A stretch of DNA of 32,945 nucleotides from Synechococcales cyanobacterium VAR_4_metabat_354 (GCA_031414775.1 JANOQI010000010.1:1-32945); one strand, 5' to 3'. Counted from the first letter of the stretch, positions 11,037 to 22,927 are shown. Notes: a model not told the origin generated them from the sequence alone. Numbers and translations: made by a program.

Positions 11037-11582
11037 TTATTGGTCACGGAAAGGCATACCCATTGCTTTAAGCAATGCGCGACCTTCCTCGTCGTTGTTA
11101 GCTGAGGTGATGATCGAGATGTCCATCCCCCGAATTTGATCAACTTGATCGTATTCAATTTCCGGAAAAATTAGCTGTTCGCGAATCCCGACGCTGTAGT
11201 TGCCGCGTCCGTCAAAGCTCTTGGGGCTAATGCCCCGAAAATCTCGAATTCGCGGTAAAGATAAGTTGATAAATCTATCTAGGAAGGCATACATCCGGTC
11301 ACCACGCAATGTCACCATTACGCCAACAGGCATTCCTTCGCGAACTTTAAAACCAGCGATTGCTTTCTTAGCTCTAGTAATTACTGGTTTTTGGCCAGTA
11401 ATTTTAGCAATTTCGGCAACGGAAGATTCTAAAGCTTTCGCATTAGTAGCCGCTTCACCCAAACCACGGTTCATGGTGATTTTAGTAACTCGGGGTACTT
11501 GGTGGATGTTGGTATAACCAAATTGCTCTTTTAATTTAGGGACAATTTGTTCTTGGTATTTAATCTTGAAATTTTGTGCCAT
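11037..11582 (-). CDS. rplE: 50S ribosomal protein L5
   Basis: [22 protein letters not shown]. Confidence 0.98.
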   Translation of the reverse strand: MAQNFKIKYQEQIVPKLKEQFGYTNIHQVPRVTKITMNRGLGEAATNAKALESSVAEIAKITGQKPVITRAKKAIAGFKVREGMPVGVMVTLRGDRMYAFLDRFINLSLPRIRDFRGISPKSFDGRGNYSVGIREQLIFPEIEYDQVDQIRGMDISIITSANNDEEGRALLKAMGMPFRDQ

Positions 11583-11647
11583 GGGTCGAAGTTCTGGGCT
11601 TGGTCAGAACCAATAGGGTTATTCAAATAGGAAGTTGAAACTGATAG

Positions 11648-11992
11648 CTAGTCGATGATTTCGCCAGTTTTTTTCAACATCCGCACTTTCTTGCCTTCGG
11701 CAGTCACGGTGTAACAGATCCGGCTAGCAACTTTCTCTTTGTTGGAGTAAAGCATCACTTTGGAGCTGTGGATAGGCGCTTCACTGGCATCAATCCGGCC
11801 AGTTTCACCCTCTTGGGTAGGCTTGATGTGCTTAGTGCGAATGTTTACGCCTTTCACAATCACCTGACTTTTTTCAGGGATAGTCCTTACCACTTCACTG
11901 ACTTGGCCTTTTTGCTTACCGGATATCACTTGTACAGTGTCGCCACTTTTAACATGCATCCGGTGCAGCACTTTGGGTTTTTGCTTTTTCAT
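11648..11992 (-). CDS. rplX: 50S ribosomal protein L24
   Basis: KOW motif [19 protein letters not shown]. Confidence 0.97.
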   Translation of the reverse strand: MKKQKPKVLHRMHVKSGDTVQVISGKQKGQVSEVVRTIPEKSQVIVKGVNIRTKHIKPTQEGETGRIDASEAPIHSSKVMLYSNKEKVASRICYTVTAEGKKVRMLKKTGEIID

Positions 11993-12360
11993 TACAATAC
12001 CTCTGGTGCCAAGGAAACAATTTTAGTGAAACTTTTATCCCGCAGTTCTCTGGCCACTGGACCAAACACGCGGGTACCTCGGGGATTACCGTCGGCATTA
12101 ATCAGAACAGCAGCATTATCGTCAAAACGAATGCTCATACCACTATCACGACGCATAGTATAACGAGTTCGCACGATTACAGCGCGTACCACATCAGACT
12201 TTTTAACTCCCATATTGGGAACAGCGTCTTTTACAACAGCAACAATTTGGTCGCCTACACCACCATAACGGCGGTTACCAGCACCCAGCACACGAATACA
12301 TAATAGTTTCCGGGCACCGCTGTTGTCTGCAACGTTTAAATAACTTTCTTGTTGAATCAT
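11992..12360 (-). CDS. rplN: 50S ribosomal protein L14
   Basis: [26 protein letters not shown]. Confidence 0.98.
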   Translation of the reverse strand: MIQQESYLNVADNSGARKLLCIRVLGAGNRRYGGVGDQIVAVVKDAVPNMGVKKSDVVRAVIVRTRYTMRRDSGMSIRFDDNAAVLINADGNPRGTRVFGPVARELRDKSFTKIVSLAPEVL

Positions 12361-12392
12361 GGTGACTTTAGAGGGTGTTACCCAACTTTAAA

Positions 12393-12638
12393 CTAGCTAC
12401 GTTGACCGAATATTTCGGCTACTTGCCAGCGCTTCGTACGGCTGAGGGGGCGAGTTTCTTGAATCCGCACCCGATCGCCTGGTTTGCACTGGTTCTCTTC
12501 GTCGTGGGCTTTGTATTTTTTGGTACGGACGACTACTTTGCCATATTTGGAGTGAGCAGAGCGGTTTTCTACTGCTACTACTACTGTTTTTTGCATTTTG
12601 TCGCTGACGACCAATCCCACTAGTTCTTTAACAGCCAT
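12393..12638 (-). CDS. rpsQ: 30S ribosomal protein S17
   Basis: [22 protein letters not shown]. Confidence 0.98.
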   Translation of the reverse strand: MAVKELVGLVVSDKMQKTVVVAVENRSAHSKYGKVVVRTKKYKAHDEENQCKPGDRVRIQETRPLSRTKRWQVAEIFGQRS

Positions 12639-12646
12639 ATTTTTTC

Positions 12647-12868
12647 CTATTTAGCTTGAACAGGTGATTGAGCAGATTGTCGCTCGCTTTCCACTGTCAT
12701 CAGTTGTGCCAGTTTGTGACGAGCATGTTTGAATTGGTGAGTTTTTTCGAGGCGATTGGTCGCTTGCTGCAAGCGCAGTTCAAACAATTCTCGCTTGACA
12801 TCTACAATACCATCGGCCACCTGTTGGTCACTGAGAGCACGAATGTCAGACATTTTGGACAGAGCCAT
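12647..12868 (-). CDS. rpmC: 50S ribosomal protein L29
   Basis: [11 protein letters not shown]; position between rplP and rpsQ. Confidence 0.96.
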   Translation of the reverse strand: MALSKMSDIRALSDQQVADGIVDVKRELFELRLQQATNRLEKTHQFKHARHKLAQLMTVESERQSAQSPVQAK

Positions 12869-13296
12869 TAGCTTTCCTCCTCGGCATAGACCTGCTTGGC
12901 GACGAATTTGGTTTTGATTGGTAGTTTGTGGGAGGCTAAGCGAAAGGCTTCTTTCGCGATCGGCTCGGCTACGCCACCAATTTCAAACAACATCCGACCG
13001 GGCTTGACTACCGCTACCCAAAATTCAGGGGAGCCTTTACCAGAACCCATCCGGGTTTCAGCCGGACGCATGGTTACCGGTTTATCGGGGAAAATTCGAA
13101 TCCAGACTTTACCACCCCGCTTCATATAACGGTTGACAGCTCGCCGACAGGATTCAATTTGACGGGAAGTGATCCAGGAAGGCTCGATCGCTTGCAGGCC
13201 GAATTCACCGAAGTTGATATTACAACCGCGTGTTGCTAAACCGCGCATTCTACCGCGCTGTTGTTTACGGAATTTTGTTCTTCTAGGACTTAACAT
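12868..13296 (-). CDS. rplP: 50S ribosomal protein L16
   Basis: [27 protein letters not shown]. Confidence 0.98.
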   Translation of the reverse strand: MLSPRRTKFRKQQRGRMRGLATRGCNINFGEFGLQAIEPSWITSRQIESCRRAVNRYMKRGGKVWIRIFPDKPVTMRPAETRMGSGKGSPEFWVAVVKPGRMLFEIGGVAEPIAKEAFRLASHKLPIKTKFVAKQVYAEEES

Positions 13297-13326
13297 GGGC
13301 TTGATAAGATAAATGAATGTGAGGCT

Positions 13327-14064
13327 TTAGCCCTCGTCCGATCGATCTTCAAACTGTCGCCGCCGACCGGGTTGCCGCCGTTTAGGCTGAGCATTGGCTG
13401 GGACAGCTTCGTTTTCTTGACCAGGGATAATCTCACCCTTGAATACCCATACTTTAATCCCCAAAATACCGTAGGTAGTAGAGGCCGTCTTGTAGGAGTA
13501 ATCGATGTCGGCACGCAGGGTGTGCAAAGGCACTCGACCTTCGCGCGTCCATTCGGTGCGGGCAATTTCTGCACCGTTCAAACGACCGCTGACCTGGAGC
13601 TTAATCCCTTGAACTTCAGCTCTTTGTGCCCGTTGAATAGCCTGTCTGACCACTCGCCGGAAAGAAACCCGTCGTTCTAATTGCTGACCAATAAACTCAG
13701 CAATGAGAGCAGCTTCGGCATCGACGCGTGTTATTTCAATCACGTTGATTCGAATTTGACGATTACCACCGCCCAAAGCTTTAACTAACCCTTGACGCAG
13801 AGTATCAATACCCGCACCACCTCGACCGACTACTACCCCAGGACGAGCAGTGTTGATCTCAACTTCAATTTGGTCAGCTTTACGCTCGATTCGTACTTTG
13901 GAAATACCAGCAGTACTGAGAACATTGTCTTTCTCGATAAACTGGCGAATTTTATAATCCTCTTGGAGTAGGGCTGGATAGCGCCGACCTTCAGCAAACC
14001 AGCGAGCACGATGCTCTTGGGTAATGCCGAGGCGAAAACCAATCGGGTGAATTTTCTGTCCCAT
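13327..14064 (-). CDS. rpsC: 30S ribosomal protein S3
   Basis: [34 protein letters not shown]. Confidence 0.98.
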   Translation of the reverse strand: MGQKIHPIGFRLGITQEHRARWFAEGRRYPALLQEDYKIRQFIEKDNVLSTAGISKVRIERKADQIEVEINTARPGVVVGRGGAGIDTLRQGLVKALGGGNRQIRINVIEITRVDAEAALIAEFIGQQLERRVSFRRVVRQAIQRAQRAEVQGIKLQVSGRLNGAEIARTEWTREGRVPLHTLRADIDYSYKTASTTYGILGIKVWVFKGEIIPGQENEAVPANAQPKRRQPGRRRQFEDRSDEG

Positions 14065-14096
14065 ACTTTGTTGTTGCTACTACTAATGGTAATGAT

Positions 14097-14456
14097 CTAG
14101 TCTTCAGTTACTTCCGATACCGCTACCGTGATGTGGCAGCTAGGTTTGCGAATAGCAAAGGCGCGGCCTTGCGCTCTGGGGCGAAACCGCTTTAACACTG
14201 GTCCTTGATCGGCGTAAGCGCTGGATACCACTAGCTTCGCTGGGTTGAGACCGGCATTATGCTCAGCGTTAGCCACTGCCGAACGCAACACTTTGATGAT
14301 TTCTTCGCAAGCTTTGTAGGGCATGAATTCTAAAATAATTAGGGCTTCCCGGTAGGAGCGTCCCCGAATTTGATCCAGCACCCGACGCACCTTGTATGGA
14401 GACATCCGAATGTACTTTGCGATCGCTTTAATTTCTGTTTTGTTATCTACTGCCAT
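14097..14456 (-). CDS. rplV: 50S ribosomal protein L22
   Basis: [21 protein letters not shown]. Confidence 0.98.
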   Translation of the reverse strand: MAVDNKTEIKAIAKYIRMSPYKVRRVLDQIRGRSYREALIILEFMPYKACEEIIKVLRSAVANAEHNAGLNPAKLVVSSAYADQGPVLKRFRPRAQGRAFAIRKPSCHITVAVSEVTED

Positions 14457-14485
14457 ATTTATTTCCTGTGCAATCAGCTGGGCTT

Positions 14486-14764
14486 TTATCTACCTGCTTT
14501 TTTGTCGCCCTTAGCATGAGAGCGGTAAGTACGAGTTGGTGCAAATTCACCGAGCTTGTGGCCTACCATTTGGTCGGAAACAAATACGGGAACATGCTGC
14601 CTGCCATTATGAACGGCGATCGTATGACCAACCATTTGCGGCAAGATAGTAGAAGAACGTGACCAGGTTTTGATCACTTCCTTTTTACCGCTAGTATTCA
14701 TCTTTTCGACCTTGGTCATCAGATGATCAGCGACGAACGGACCTTTTTTGAGAGAACGACCCAT
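14486..14764 (-). CDS. rpsS: 30S ribosomal protein S19
   Basis: [25 protein letters not shown]. Confidence 0.98.
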   Translation of the reverse strand: MGRSLKKGPFVADHLMTKVEKMNTSGKKEVIKTWSRSSTILPQMVGHTIAVHNGRQHVPVFVSDQMVGHKLGEFAPTRTYRSHAKGDKKAGR

Positions 14765-14842
14765 ATTAGTTGTTGAAATAAACGACTTTGACTGAAAACA
14801 AGGAGATTTTGGCGGTGTTTAGCCCGCCACAATTTGTCTAAC

Positions 14843-15709
14843 CTAGTTCTGACGGCCGCCCTTACCACGCTTGGAAGACTTGCGTCGCCGCCTAACGATA
14901 AACTTGGTACTAGGCTTGTTCTTCTGCCGAGTTTTGTAACCCAAAGTAGGTTTACCCCAAGGAGTAACAGGGCCGCTGCGTCCGATCGGTGCCCGACCTT
15001 CACCACCACCGTGAGGGTGATCGCAAGGGTTCATGACACTACCACGGACTTTTGGCCGGCGGCCTTTCCAACGGTTCCGACCAGCTTTACCAGCACTAAG
15101 GTTACGCGCTTCCAGGTTGCCAACTTGGCCAATGGTTGCATAGCACTCTTTGCGAAGCATCCGGACTTCCCCAGAAGGCATCTTAAGAGTGACATAATCA
15201 CCATCTTTAGCCACAATCTGAGCACCAGCACCAGCCGAACGGGCAATCTGAGCACCTTTGCCAGCAGTCATTTCGATACTGTGGACTGTGGTACCTAGTG
15301 GAATATTAGTGAGAGGTAAGGCATTACCAATCTCGAAAGGGGCTTCGGGAGAGGTGATAATTTCAGTGCCAACTTCTAAGCCAACGGGATGTAGAATGTA
15401 GCGCTTCTCACCATCGCGGTAAAAAACCAAGGCAATCCGGGCATTGCGGTTGGGATCGTATTCGATCGAAGCCACCCGCGCTGGAATATTGAGCTTGTCT
15501 TGACGACGGAAGTCAATGATCCGGTAGAGACGTTTATGACCGCCACCACGTCTACGACTAGTGATAACACCGCGATTATTACGCCCTTTAGCGCGGTGTT
15601 TATAGACGGTTAATGATTTTTCCGGCTTACTCGCGGTAATCTCAGCAAAATCCGAGATTACTGTTTCGCGTGTACTGGGCGTATATGGCCGATAAGAACG
15701 GGTACCCAT
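14843..15709 (-). CDS. rplB: 50S ribosomal protein L2
   Basis: [20 protein letters not shown]. Confidence 0.98.
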   Translation of the reverse strand: MGTRSYRPYTPSTRETVISDFAEITASKPEKSLTVYKHRAKGRNNRGVITSRRRGGGHKRLYRIIDFRRQDKLNIPARVASIEYDPNRNARIALVFYRDGEKRYILHPVGLEVGTEIITSPEAPFEIGNALPLTNIPLGTTVHSIEMTAGKGAQIARSAGAGAQIVAKDGDYVTLKMPSGEVRMLRKECYATIGQVGNLEARNLSAGKAGRNRWKGRRPKVRGSVMNPCDHPHGGGEGRAPIGRSGPVTPWGKPTLGYKTRQKNKPSTKFIVRRRRKSSKRGKGGRQN

Positions 15710-15751
15710 AGGTTTAACTCAAATACAAATAATGGAGATAGATAACAGATC

Positions 15752-16075
15752 CTAAGCTTCAGGGAAGAGCGGGATGGATTGACCTTCAGCTACAGTGACA
15801 ATCGCTCTTTTGTATAGAGGCTTGTAGCCAGCAAAGCGGCCAACTCGCTTTTTCTTCCGTGGTGGGTTGTAGGTATCGACCCGCACTACCTTGACATTAA
15901 AAACTACTTCGATCGCAGCTTTAATATCAGTTTTGGTGGCCTTGGGCACTACGTCAAAGACGAACTTATTTTGTTCCATCTGGCGCGTAGCTTTTTCAGT
16001 AATCACCGGACGCTGCAAAATGTCGGGCAGGTCACGGACGCTAATTCTAGTTGGCCCGGGGGATCTAGTCGTCAC
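15752..16075 (-). CDS. rplW: 50S ribosomal protein L23
   Basis: PVITEKA, ATKTDIK, KRAIVT; GTG start overlapping the end of rplD. Confidence 0.95.
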   Translation of the reverse strand: MTTRSPGPTRISVRDLPDILQRPVITEKATRQMEQNKFVFDVVPKATKTDIKAAIEVVFNVKVVRVDTYNPPRKKKRVGRFAGYKPLYKRAIVTVAEGQSIPLFPEA

Positions 16076-16706
16076 TGTAAACCTCCTGAATCTTGGTAAG
16101 TGCGCTCTTAGTGACTACGATGTGGTCAGAATTCAGAATATCAAAGATGTTCAAGCCTACTGCCGAGATTAATTTAACGGTATCAATATTACGAGCCGAG
16201 AGGAAAATATTCTCTGATTCGTTGACATCAGCCACAACAAGGAGGGTCTTTTGACCGGCTTGAACGCCCCAGCGAGCCAGAGCAGCTGTCAATTCCTTTG
16301 TTTTAGGTTGAGCTAATTGAGTATCGAAATCTTCAACTACTACCATTTCAGTGGCACGACTTTGGAAGGCCGTGCGCAGTGCTAACCGTCTTTCCTTCCG
16401 GTTCATTTTAGTGCTGTAGTCTCGGGGCTTTGGCCCAAAGATCACACCACCACCCCGCCATAGCGGCGAACGGATCGAACCGGCGCGCGCGCGGCCAGTA
16501 CCTTTTTGTTTCCAAGGCTTGCGACCACCGCCTTTTACTTCGGCGCGGGTTTTAGCCGAAGCTGTACCCTGGCGTTCATTATTAGCTTGGCGCACCAGGG
16601 CGCGATGCACGATGTGCGAGGCGTTTTCTTCAGAGGCAACTCGCAGGTCGAGGACAGCAGAACCAGCCTCGGCTCCTTGCCAGTTGCGAACAGTGCAATC
16701 AGTCAT
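16065..16706 (-). CDS. rplD: 50S ribosomal protein L4
   Basis: [25 protein letters not shown]. Confidence 0.98.
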   Translation of the reverse strand: MTDCTVRNWQGAEAGSAVLDLRVASEENASHIVHRALVRQANNERQGTASAKTRAEVKGGGRKPWKQKGTGRARAGSIRSPLWRGGGVIFGPKPRDYSTKMNRKERRLALRTAFQSRATEMVVVEDFDTQLAQPKTKELTAALARWGVQAGQKTLLVVADVNESENIFLSARNIDTVKLISAVGLNIFDILNSDHIVVTKSALTKIQEVYSDD

Positions 16707-16719
16707 TTTTTATGTGCTC

Positions 16720-17358
16720 CTACTTGCCTACTCTAACTTCAGGGATGATCCGTAGCAGAGTACCAGGCTTCCCAGGCACAGATCCAGCAATCAAAATCAG
16801 GTTGCTTTCTGCATCTACTTTAATCACTGACAGTTTTTTAACGGTGATGCGCTTGCCACCAAGCCGACCGGCCATCTTCTTGCCCGGATATACCCGGCCA
16901 GGAGTGGTACCAGCACCAGTCGAACCTGGTTCACGATGATTTTTGGAACCGTGGGTCATGGGTCCGCGAGCGAAGTTGTGACGCTTTTGCCAACCAGCAA
17001 AACCTCGTCCAATGCTGTCGCCGCTAACATCCACTAGCTGTCCAACTGCAAACAAATCGGATTTAATTTCTTGACCGACTGTCCATTCTCCGGCAGCATC
17101 TACTAAGAATTCTTGGAGATGGCGGAGGGGTTTAGCCTCGGCTTTCTTTAAGTGCCCTAGCTCTGGTCTACTGAGTGACTTTTCTTTAACTTCGTAATAG
17201 CCTAGCTGTACGGATTCATAACCGTCAGTTTGCTTGGTCTTGATTTGCGTGACTGTACATGGTCCAGCTTGAACAACAGTAACGGGGATTGCTCGCCCGG
17301 TTTCTTTGTCAAAGACTTGAGTCATGCCAACCTTGGTGCCAAGTATGCCGATCGACAT
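16720..17358 (-). CDS. rplC: 50S ribosomal protein L3
   Basis: [35 protein letters not shown]. Confidence 0.98.
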   Translation of the reverse strand: MSIGILGTKVGMTQVFDKETGRAIPVTVVQAGPCTVTQIKTKQTDGYESVQLGYYEVKEKSLSRPELGHLKKAEAKPLRHLQEFLVDAAGEWTVGQEIKSDLFAVGQLVDVSGDSIGRGFAGWQKRHNFARGPMTHGSKNHREPGSTGAGTTPGRVYPGKKMAGRLGGKRITVKKLSVIKVDAESNLILIAGSVPGKPGTLLRIIPEVRVGK

Positions 17359-17650
17359 AGTTGAGGTCTTCCTTTTTTATTGAGACACTACATTTTGATG
17401 AACTTCCACCGGCTGGCGCGTTCATTGTGGGATTAGTCCTTCTGTACTGAGTTCGTGAAATCGCTGCGCTTGTGGAATTATTCCGAGAGCAGCTGTTACC
17501 AAAAATCTATGCTGGAAAGCGAGTACTGACAGAGTTGTATATTTTTTGCTAGGACTGGAGCAGCTTTCACCGATCAGTATCCACCCAAAACAACCTTGCT
17601 TGCTACGATGGTTTTACGAACCAAGAGCGAAGTTTTGACCACAGCCTCCA

Positions 17651-17679
17651 ATAATAGCTTACGGTGGCCACCTTGTCTA
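17651..17679 (-). promoter_or_regulatory. Putative sigma70-type promoter of the rplC operon
   Basis: TAGACA (17674-17679), 17-nt spacer, TATTAT (17651-17656), with an A/T tract upstream. Implies a 5' leader of about 285 nt. Confidence 0.6.
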
Positions 17680-17721
17680 TAAAAAAAACTAATGTTATTG
17701 ATTTAACTCTGGGTCAACAAA

Positions 17722-18522
17722 TCAATTTAGCTCAACATATCCACTGGCGCTGTAAGCGATCGACATACCCCATAGGTGTCGCTTGAACTCGCGTAGTTCT
17801 CCGCTGAGGGGAATCTGCCGTCCCCAGCTGTAGCAATCAAAACAGGCTTCTTCGGCTAACCCGACATTGCCCAAAATTGACACCCAATGATTGGGGTACG
17901 AAAAACAGGGCACTTTATAATTCAACAAACCCTGGTCAATCAGAGCTAATGCAATGCCCCCTTGATCGATCGATCGCTGCGCTTTTTCTAGGGCGACAAC
18001 CTCTCCACCCCAAGGCGTATAGTAATGCTGGACTTGCTCGTAACCTAATAGATTCTTGATCCAATAAGTTATGTCCCAAGGCCCGGTGATCCCTGCTAGG
18101 TCGCGTAGCAAAGATGGAGCCTGGGGATGCACGGGTATCAACCAATTGGCCTGATCGCGCAGGGTAGCTAGCACCAACCAATCCACTGGAGCCATCCGCA
18201 GATCACCATAGCTGCGCCGCAAGCGGCTGCTAGCCACAATTGGGGACTGTACTCCCCTAAAACTACCCTCTTCAAACAATCCCCGACAAAGTTCCACATA
18301 ACGATGGGGATGCTTCCGGATTAGCTCGAACACCACCACCGCTGGTCCGCAAAAGGGTTGCCCACCTTGCTTCACTTGCAATGGATTATGCAAACGGGCA
18401 ATCATCCCCGTCAGAATTTCGGTTTTGTCTAGGTAATGCCAAGCACTGGGCTTAGTCGATTGGATAAACTGCTTGATCGCCTCACTGGCACTGAAGTCGA
18501 TCAAGCGATCTAGATCCGCCAT
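17722..18522 (-). CDS. Hypothetical protein, possible papain-like (clan CA) cysteine hydrolase
   Basis: 266-aa ORF 6 nt downstream of pheT with motifs Q52-xxxxx-C58GP, NH212WV and YSWG. Confidence 0.6.
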   Translation of the reverse strand: MADLDRLIDFSASEAIKQFIQSTKPSAWHYLDKTEILTGMIARLHNPLQVKQGGQPFCGPAVVVFELIRKHPHRYVELCRGLFEEGSFRGVQSPIVASSRLRRSYGDLRMAPVDWLVLATLRDQANWLIPVHPQAPSLLRDLAGITGPWDITYWIKNLLGYEQVQHYYTPWGGEVVALEKAQRSIDQGGIALALIDQGLLNYKVPCFSYPNHWVSILGNVGLAEEACFDCYSWGRQIPLSGELREFKRHLWGMSIAYSASGYVELN

Positions 18523-18528
18523 AGATAG

Positions 18529-21060
18529 CTAACTCCGTAAAGTTACTTGGAATTTATCTACTAAGATATCTCGTACCTTTTGATGAGCTGGCTCAATATC
18601 TTCATCCTTGAGAGTGCGATCGATAGCGCGATAGACCAACCGCATCGCCAAACTGCGTTGACCATCGGGGACATTTTGCCCCCGATATTCATCAAACAGC
18701 TGCACATCGGCCAGCAGATCCCCAGCGGCTTGGCGCATCGATTTTTGCAATTCGGCCAAAGATACCTCTAGCGGAGCAAAGAAAGCAATGTCTCGATCGG
18801 AAGCTGGATAAGTCGAGAAAGTTTGGTACAACGGCACCAGCTGTTCATCCTTAGCCAGATGTTCTAGCACTACTTCTAAGTTTAGCTGAAAGGCATAGAC
18901 CGCATCGGGTAGGTCTGATTCTTGGCGCAGTTGGGGATGGAGTTGGCCAAAAATGCCTAACCTTTCGCCATGCAACCACAAAGAAGCCGTGCGCCCCGGA
19001 TGGAACTGAGCGTTGCTTTGATCCACTTGATATTCCACGGGCATTCCCAACCGTTGCCAAATATTATCCAGCAGACCTTTAGCCTCATACCAAGTCAAAG
19101 GCTGGGGTTTGTCACTGGTAGTCCAACGTTGAGCACGGGCATCACCGCCACAAATACCAGCCAGCACATCGGCTTCGATCAGGCCAGATTCATCTTTACT
19201 AAAGACCTTGCCAATTTCAAAGCCCCACAGCGCTCCATTGCCCTGTTCTAAGTTGTATTGAAAACTCTGGATCAGGTGGGAAGTTAGTTCCGATCGCAAG
19301 GTCGCATACTCGGTGAACATCGGGTTAGCAATATCTACTAGCCGTCCAGTCTCTGGTTTATTCAGAGCGTAGGAATAATGCATCAGCTCATTGAAGCCCA
19401 CCGCCCGAAAACTAGCTCGCACCAGCCGCAGCAATTCCACATCCAATGACAAATAACCCGCTGCCGATTCACTCGGTAAGGTATCTTGAAACTTTTCATA
19501 GCCATAGAGCCTAGCCACTTCTTCGATCAGATCAATTTCCCGCTCTAGATCACGATAACGGTAGGTGGGCACAATCACATCCCACACATCTGCTGGCGGG
19601 AGATTGTCCTTTGTTATCGTCGTCCAAGCTTCGAGTGACCCCAGAATTTCTTCTATTCTTTCGGTCGGACCAGAAACTGGAATCAGCTGACATCCTAAAG
19701 CGGTCAAAATTCTCTCGACATCAGCAACACTGACTTCGCCAACTTCTTCTTCGCTCACCGTCGGCCCTAAAATCTGATTCAACCGTCCTAAGCGCAGCCT
19801 AATCGTACGCGGTTGACCAACCCAATCTGGGCGATGATCGGCCTTGGCTTCGGTAATTACTTGCCCACCCGCCAGCTCGACCAATAAATTCAAAGCCCGC
19901 TGATTGGCTAATTCCAACTCGGCTAGATTCACCCCCCGCTCGTAACGAGTAGAAGCTTCTGATCGCAGGTTTTGAGATCGGGAAGATTTACGAATGGCCA
20001 CCGAGTCAAAAATGGCTGCTTCTAGCAAGATACTGGTGGTGGTCTTGCCCACTTCAGTTTCAGCACCACCCATCACCCCAGCTAAAGCGATCGGTCGGTC
20101 GCTCGCTGTTACCAATAAATTTTGGGGCTGGAGCTGGCGATCTTGATCGTCTAAAGTTTTTAAAACTGCCGGGGGCTGAGCCAATCGTACCCCCAGGTCA
20201 TAATCGTTACTACCAGTCAAGGCCGCCAGTTTATCAGCATCAAAAGCATGGAGGGGTTGTCCCCATTCCAGTAATACATAGTTGGTAATATCTACCACAT
20301 TGTTGATCGATCGAACGCCAGTAGCCTGAAGACGACGTTGTAACCAATCGGGAGCCGGGGCAACTTGAATATTATCTACTAGAGTGGCTATATATACTTG
20401 GCAAGACTGCGAATCAACTCTGACCTGCAAATTTTTATTCCCACCCACGAGAGAAATAGGAGTCATTGTGGGTAAGTTAATAACAGCACCGGTCAAGGCA
20501 GCTACTTCCCGCGCAATACCCACCATACTCAGGGCATCCGCTCGATTGGCTGTTGATGTCACATCCAAAATGACATCATCTAAACCGAGTAACGGTCGCA
20601 CATCACTGCCCACCGTCGGCGCTCCCACCGCTCCGACCTCAGCAAAGATGTGAATACCGGCCGATTCCTTGGCTAAACCGACTTCAGCCAACGAACAAAT
20701 CATCCCCTCCGACTTTTCACCGCGCAGTTTTGCTGGTTTAATTTTGAGGTCAATGACTGGTAAGTAAGTACCAACAGTAGCCACTGGCACATAGATGCCA
20801 GCTCGGACGTTGGCTGCCCCACAGACGATCTGAACCGGTGGATTTCCATCGCCCACATCTACCAGACAAACACTCAGTTTGTCGGCATTAGGGTGTGGCT
20901 CACGGCTAATTACTTGGCCAACAACTACCCCAGCAGCCCATTGGTGACGATCCTCGATCGATTCCACTTCAAACCCAGCCAGAGTAAGTACTTCGGCTAA
21001 GGCCGCTGGAGCGATCGAAATTTTAACTAACTCGTTTAACCAATTCAGAGAAATATACAT
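18529..21060 (-). CDS. pheT: Phenylalanine--tRNA ligase beta subunit
   Basis: [46 protein letters not shown], and a C-terminal FDX-ACB-type domain. Confidence 0.97.
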   Translation of the reverse strand: MYISLNWLNELVKISIAPAALAEVLTLAGFEVESIEDRHQWAAGVVVGQVISREPHPNADKLSVCLVDVGDGNPPVQIVCGAANVRAGIYVPVATVGTYLPVIDLKIKPAKLRGEKSEGMICSLAEVGLAKESAGIHIFAEVGAVGAPTVGSDVRPLLGLDDVILDVTSTANRADALSMVGIAREVAALTGAVINLPTMTPISLVGGNKNLQVRVDSQSCQVYIATLVDNIQVAPAPDWLQRRLQATGVRSINNVVDITNYVLLEWGQPLHAFDADKLAALTGSNDYDLGVRLAQPPAVLKTLDDQDRQLQPQNLLVTASDRPIALAGVMGGAETEVGKTTTSILLEAAIFDSVAIRKSSRSQNLRSEASTRYERGVNLAELELANQRALNLLVELAGGQVITEAKADHRPDWVGQPRTIRLRLGRLNQILGPTVSEEEVGEVSVADVERILTALGCQLIPVSGPTERIEEILGSLEAWTTITKDNLPPADVWDVIVPTYRYRDLEREIDLIEEVARLYGYEKFQDTLPSESAAGYLSLDVELLRLVRASFRAVGFNELMHYSYALNKPETGRLVDIANPMFTEYATLRSELTSHLIQSFQYNLEQGNGALWGFEIGKVFSKDESGLIEADVLAGICGGDARAQRWTTSDKPQPLTWYEAKGLLDNIWQRLGMPVEYQVDQSNAQFHPGRTASLWLHGERLGIFGQLHPQLRQESDLPDAVYAFQLNLEVVLEHLAKDEQLVPLYQTFSTYPASDRDIAFFAPLEVSLAELQKSMRQAAGDLLADVQLFDEYRGQNVPDGQRSLAMRLVYRAIDRTLKDEDIEPAHQKVRDILVDKFQVTLRS

Positions 21061-21131
21061 TTACTTTTAACAAAAATATAACGGACAGCGGTTCTCACCC
21101 AACGTCTTCGCCCCAGATGACTGCTGGTGTA

Positions 21132-21137
21132 ATTATA
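21132..21137 (-). promoter_or_regulatory. Possible -10 box of the pheT promoter
   Basis: TATAAT on the minus strand ~70 nt upstream of the pheT start; no clear -35. Confidence 0.35.
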
Positions 21138-21343
21138 TCTAAATCTTAAATTCACTCTCTATCGGAATTATTGATCAATTACTAGCTAAATTACTATTTA
21201 TTACTAAATCATTGTGTGAATAAATGTCCAAAACATCAAAAAGCAGTGAGGCTCAATGGTATGGCATAATACGAATCTACACTAATGTCCTGAATCTAAC
21301 TGCGATCTGCTCCCATCCTACAAACTTGAACTGGTGAGGCTCA

Positions 21344-22927
21344 ATGAGCTACTGCGTAAATCCAGATTGTACTCAACCGAAAAATTTATCTGATGCCTTT
21401 TTGTGCCAAGCCTGCGGGGCAAGGCTCTTGGTGCGCAACCGCTATCGGGTAACTAAATCCCTCGGGCAAGGTGGCTTTGGAGCTACTTTCGTGGCGGTGG
21501 ATATGTCCTTGCCGGGTGAACCAATCTGCGTGCTCAAACAACTCCGCCCCAGCAATAGCCATGAAAAGTTTTTGAAAATGGCCAGAGAGTTATTTGAACG
21601 GGAAGCTAGAACCCTCGGTAAAATCGGCAACCATCCCCAAATTCCTCGCCTACTGGACTATTTTGAAGATCGCCAGAGTTTTTACTTAGTGCAAGATTTT
21701 GTGAGTGGTATCACTCTCCATCAAGAAATTCGCAAAGAGGGACTGTTCAATGAGGCGAAAATTCAAAAATTCCTGGTAGAAATCCTACCAATTATTCAAT
21801 ACGTTCACAGCAAGGAGATCATCCACCGTGACATTAAACCAGCCAATATTATCCGGCGCGACCAAGATAACAAACTTGTTTTGATTGACTTTGGTGCCGT
21901 GAAAAACGAGGTCAGCAAGCTGGCCGACCAGGAAGAAGTCGGTACCGGTAATACGGCTTTCACTCAATTTGCGGTCGGGACTTCGGGCTATGCCCCACCA
22001 GAACAACTAGTAATGAGACCCGTTTTCGCCAGTGATATCTACTCGCTGGGTGTTACTTGTATCTATCTGATGACCGGCAAATCACCCAAGGACATCGAAA
22101 ATCATCCCAGCACGGGTGAAATGATGTGGCAGAAGTATGTTCAGATGAGTCCAGCATTACTGCCGATCGTCAGTAAAATGCTGGAGTCTTCTGTTAAGCA
22201 TCGCTATCAATCAGCGGAACAAGTGTCACGGGCGTTAGAGCTAGCTGATCAGCCTTTTACCAAGTCGAGCATGATCACTAACACCCTGAATAATTCTGCT
22301 AATACCACTGTCGATCGATTACCACCGCCACCACCGCCTGGGACTGGAGTGCAATCAGCCTCTCCAGTCCAGAAACTGGCTAAGACCATTCGCGAAAATC
22401 GCGATCGGGCAGGCAGTCCCACTAGTTTTAATCCGTCCATGGTAGACACTCCAGAGAAATCTTCGGTGGTAACCAGTCGGAGACGAGAAATCACGAAGAT
22501 GGATGCTAGCGCCTTGTTGAAAGCCTATCAGCGCGGACAACGCACTTTCAACGATTTGGATATCAGCGGCTCCAATTTACCAAAGGCCAATTTACCTGGT
22601 GTAACTTGGGAAAACACTAATTGTAGTGGTGGAAATCTTCAGAATGCTAACTTGGGCGCTGGCAAGTTTACGAAAGCCAACTTCACCAGAGCCTGCTTGC
22701 GCGGAGCTAATCTGAGCAGAAGCCTACTGGACTATGCCAACCTGCAAGATGCCGATCTACGCGGTGCCGATTTGAGTGAAGCTCAGTTGAGCAAAGCCAA
22801 CTTGCAAGGTACTAATTTATGTGGCGCTAACTTACGGGGCGTCAAAATGAGTGAGTCCCAGTTAGGGATGGCCAAAACCAACTTTTTGACAATTTTCCCT
22901 AATGGTAAACGAGGTGGTTTTTGGTAA
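21344..22927 (+). CDS. spkB: Hanks-type Ser/Thr protein kinase with N-terminal 4-Cys zinc ribbon and C-terminal pentapeptide repeats (SpkB-like)
   Basis: CVNPDC...CQAC; LGQGGFG, HRDIKPAN, DFG, GYAPPE; A(N/D)Lxx pentapeptide repeats. Same architecture as Synechocystis SpkB. Confidence 0.85.
   Translation: MSYCVNPDCTQPKNLSDAFLCQACGARLLVRNRYRVTKSLGQGGFGATFVAVDMSLPGEPICVLKQLRPSNSHEKFLKMARELFEREARTLGKIGNHPQIPRLLDYFEDRQSFYLVQDFVSGITLHQEIRKEGLFNEAKIQKFLVEILPIIQYVHSKEIIHRDIKPANIIRRDQDNKLVLIDFGAVKNEVSKLADQEEVGTGNTAFTQFAVGTSGYAPPEQLVMRPVFASDIYSLGVTCIYLMTGKSPKDIENHPSTGEMMWQKYVQMSPALLPIVSKMLESSVKHRYQSAEQVSRALELADQPFTKSSMITNTLNNSANTTVDRLPPPPPPGTGVQSASPVQKLAKTIRENRDRAGSPTSFNPSMVDTPEKSSVVTSRRREITKMDASALLKAYQRGQRTFNDLDISGSNLPKANLPGVTWENTNCSGGNLQNANLGAGKFTKANFTRACLRGANLSRSLLDYANLQDADLRGADLSEAQLSKANLQGTNLCGANLRGVKMSESQLGMAKTNFLTIFPNGKRGGFW

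Noticed and set aside
14810..14830. TGGCGG/CCGCCA hairpin between rplB and rpsS
   Set aside because: Short stem with no U tract on the coding strand; an ordinary intergenic hairpin.
411..17358. Many 60-150 aa ORFs antisense to or out of frame within r-protein genes
   Set aside because: Shadow ORFs of highly conserved genes with no recognisable motifs.
183..17358. Absence of rpsJ, rpsN, rpmD and rpsD from the cluster
   Set aside because: Normal cyanobacterial arrangement.
21061..21130. GC-rich pheT leader as a possible attenuator or T-box
   Set aside because: Too short, no T-box motif or Phe-rich leader peptide, and only weak pairings.
22530..22870. Repetitive GCCAA/GCTAA-type sequence in the kinase gene
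   Set aside because: Explained by pentapeptide repeats; not a CRISPR or DNA-level repeat.
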